Origin: Candidatus Aminicenantes bacterium
Lineage (GTDB): Bacteria > Acidobacteriota > Aminicenantia > Aminicenantales > Saccharicenantaceae
NCBI GenBank assembly: GCA_037441295.1
Contig: JBBISK010000003.1
Coordinates: 1 to 33,695 of the forward strand
Direction of reading: 5' to 3'
Length of the DNA stretch: 33,695 bases
Shown: piece by piece, positions 32,793-33,695 of the stretch
Layout of the letters: every line of letters begins with the position of its first letter
Numbering within the stretch: position 1 is the first letter of the stretch
Program-made: the position numbers and the translations under genes
The notes under the pieces: generated by a model
What the model was told of the DNA's origin: nothing
What the model saw: the letters and a program-made list of their open reading frames with translations, nothing else
Database searches by the model: none

Positions 32793-33484
32793 GAGGCGCC
32801 CTCCTTTCGGGGCTCGAACAGGGCCGGCGTCAGGGTGGAGAAATTCCGTCTGCCGCTTTCGGTCAGGATGCCCTGGAAGAAGACCTTGATGACCGACTCA
32901 AAGACCTCGGCCAGCGTCCGGCCGGAGCGCAGGATGGCCTCGGGGTTGACGAAGCGGCTGACGATGTCGGCGAACATCTCGACGAGGATATCGATGTCGA
33001 CGTCGGCGCGGAAGAGGCCCTCGCGCCGGCCGGACTCGAGGATGCCACTGAGATTCTTGAAGATCTTCTCCCGGCGGAAGTCGTCGATCTCCCGCCAGAC
33101 CCGCGGCGCGCTCTTCTGGACGTCCCGCATGAGGAGCGGACCGACGAGCGAGATGCGGGCGCCGACGAAGGAGAAGAGGGCGACGAGCTTGTCGACGAGG
33201 CCCGTCGTCGCGTCGCCGAGAAGCTCCTCGATGTGGGCCGAGGTCCCGTCGAGAAAATCGGACATGACGGCCCGCAGGATCCCCTCCTTGCTCGGAAAGG
33301 ACTCGTAGAGGGTGGCCTTGCTGATGCCGAGCCGGCCGGCGATCTCGTCGGCGGTAACGCGGACGAAGCCGCGGCTGAAGAAGAGGTCGCGGGCGGCCTC
33401 GACGACCCTCGGCCGCAGGGCCGCCCCGGCGGCGGAGGCGGAGCTCCGCGCCTTGGAAACTCTCAAAACTCTTTTGGTTTTCAC
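32789..33484 (-). CDS. TetR/AcrR-family transcriptional regulator
   Basis: The HTH region reads VVEAARDLFFSRGFVRVTADEIAGRLGISKATLYESFPSKEGIL. It is the first gene of the efflux operon. The start is a GTG at 33484 with no in-frame ATG before the HTH, so it is somewhat uncertain. Confidence 0.86.
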   Translation of the reverse strand: MKTKRVLRVSKARSSASAAGAALRPRVVEAARDLFFSRGFVRVTADEIAGRLGISKATLYESFPSKEGILRAVMSDFLDGTSAHIEELLGDATTGLVDKLVALFSFVGARISLVGPLLMRDVQKSAPRVWREIDDFRREKIFKNLSGILESGRREGLFRADVDIDILVEMFADIVSRFVNPEAILRSGRTLAEVFESVIKVFFQGILTESGRRNFSTLTPALFEPRKEGAS

Positions 33485-33490
33485 GGTTTT

Positions 33491-33518
33491 ATTATAAGCG
33501 CGGGCCGACGGATGTCAA
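33491..33518 (-). promoter_or_regulatory. Near-consensus sigma70 promoter of the TetR-efflux operon (TTGACA-16-TATAAT)
   Basis: The minus strand reads acTTGACAtccgtcggcccgcgctTATAATaaaaccGTG. The -35 is at 33518..33513 and the -10 at 33496..33491. Only 6 nt separate the -10 from the annotated GTG. Confidence 0.5.
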
Positions 33519-33525
33519 GTCCTCG

Positions 33526-33554
33526 AATAAAAATCCTCCCCCTCCGGCCGGAGC
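33526..33554 (-). terminator. Possible intrinsic terminator of the upstream (right-hand) gene
   Basis: The minus strand reads GCTCCGGCCGGAGggggaggATTTTTATT: a GC-rich palindrome followed by a T-rich run, about 50 nt after the stop at 33606. The stem is short and there is a spacer between stem and T-run, so this is weak. Confidence 0.3.
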
Positions 33555-33605
33555 CGCCCTCGCCCTTCAGGGTGTCGGAGGCGCCTCCCGGCGCGGGACC
33601 CCGCC

Positions 33606-33695
33606 TCAGGCCGCGGGCGTTCCCGCCGGGCCCTCTTCCATGTACTGGATGTAGAGCTCGGTCAGGTCGTCGTGGGCCAGCTCGGCCGCCTTCTT
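33606..33695 (-). CDS. C-terminal 29 codons of an unidentified protein (5' part outside the window)
   Basis: The minus-strand frame is open from the window edge to a TGA at 33608..33606: KKAAELAHDDLTELYIQYMEEGPAGTPAA*. Third-position GC looks like the neighbouring genes. It is too short to name. Confidence 0.4.
   Translation of the reverse strand, partial: KKAAELAHDDLTELYIQYMEEGPAGTPAA

Noticed and set aside
1-33695. Search for CRISPR arrays, transposases or integrases, toxin-antitoxin pairs, restriction-modification or other defence genes, and a compositional island
   Set aside because: I saw no spaced direct repeats, no recombinase or transposase motifs, and no obvious low-GC island longer than about 100 bp. 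By eye the window looks like syntenic core chromosome. A k-mer or GC-skew computation would be needed to be certain.

Overview
This is a 33.7 kb, high-GC (about two-thirds G+C by eye) chromosomal segment from a diderm bacterium, as shown by TolC-family genes, a beta-barrel OMP, and Tat/Sec/lipoprotein signals. It is densely packed with about 33 protein genes. I found no rRNA, tRNA, CRISPR array, transposase, integrase or phage gene.

Gene content, left to right:
- Partial TolC gene.
- A long minus-strand block: iorA-iorB-ADP-forming acyl-CoA synthetase, then DUF169, an exported hypothetical, a Tat-signal DUF362, an FmdB zinc ribbon and rmuC.
- A divergent Rrf2 regulator.
- folD plus an AIR-synthase-like gene.
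- A phosphofructokinase with the PPi-type residue signature.
- An OMP.
- DUF2892-copA.
- The conserved yebC-ruvC-ruvA-ruvB-queA block.
- An operon of M20 peptidase, Asp/Glu-type racemase and Ddl-like ATP-grasp ligase, convergent with a CapA-like gene.
- A 7-gene TetR-controlled HlyD/ABC/TolC/ABC-2 efflux operon.

Many long ORFs in the supplied track are antisense or out-of-frame high-GC artefacts. Several tracked ORFs needed their starts trimmed.

Most of the window is ordinary core genome, and I see no clear-cut new defence or mobile system. The features most worth a second look are:
1. A 34-bp tandem-palindrome element present twice (32/34 identical), in the same orientation just upstream of the predicted folD and ruvB promoters.
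2. The peptidase-racemase-ligase operon with the adjacent signal-less CapA-like protein.
3. The uncharacterised DUF169 / exported protein / Tat-DUF362 trio behind the IOR operon.
4. An unannotated 33-aa membrane micro-ORF after copA.
5. A near-consensus promoter that would make the TetR mRNA leaderless.

All functional calls rest on my own motif recognition in the translations. No database search was run.
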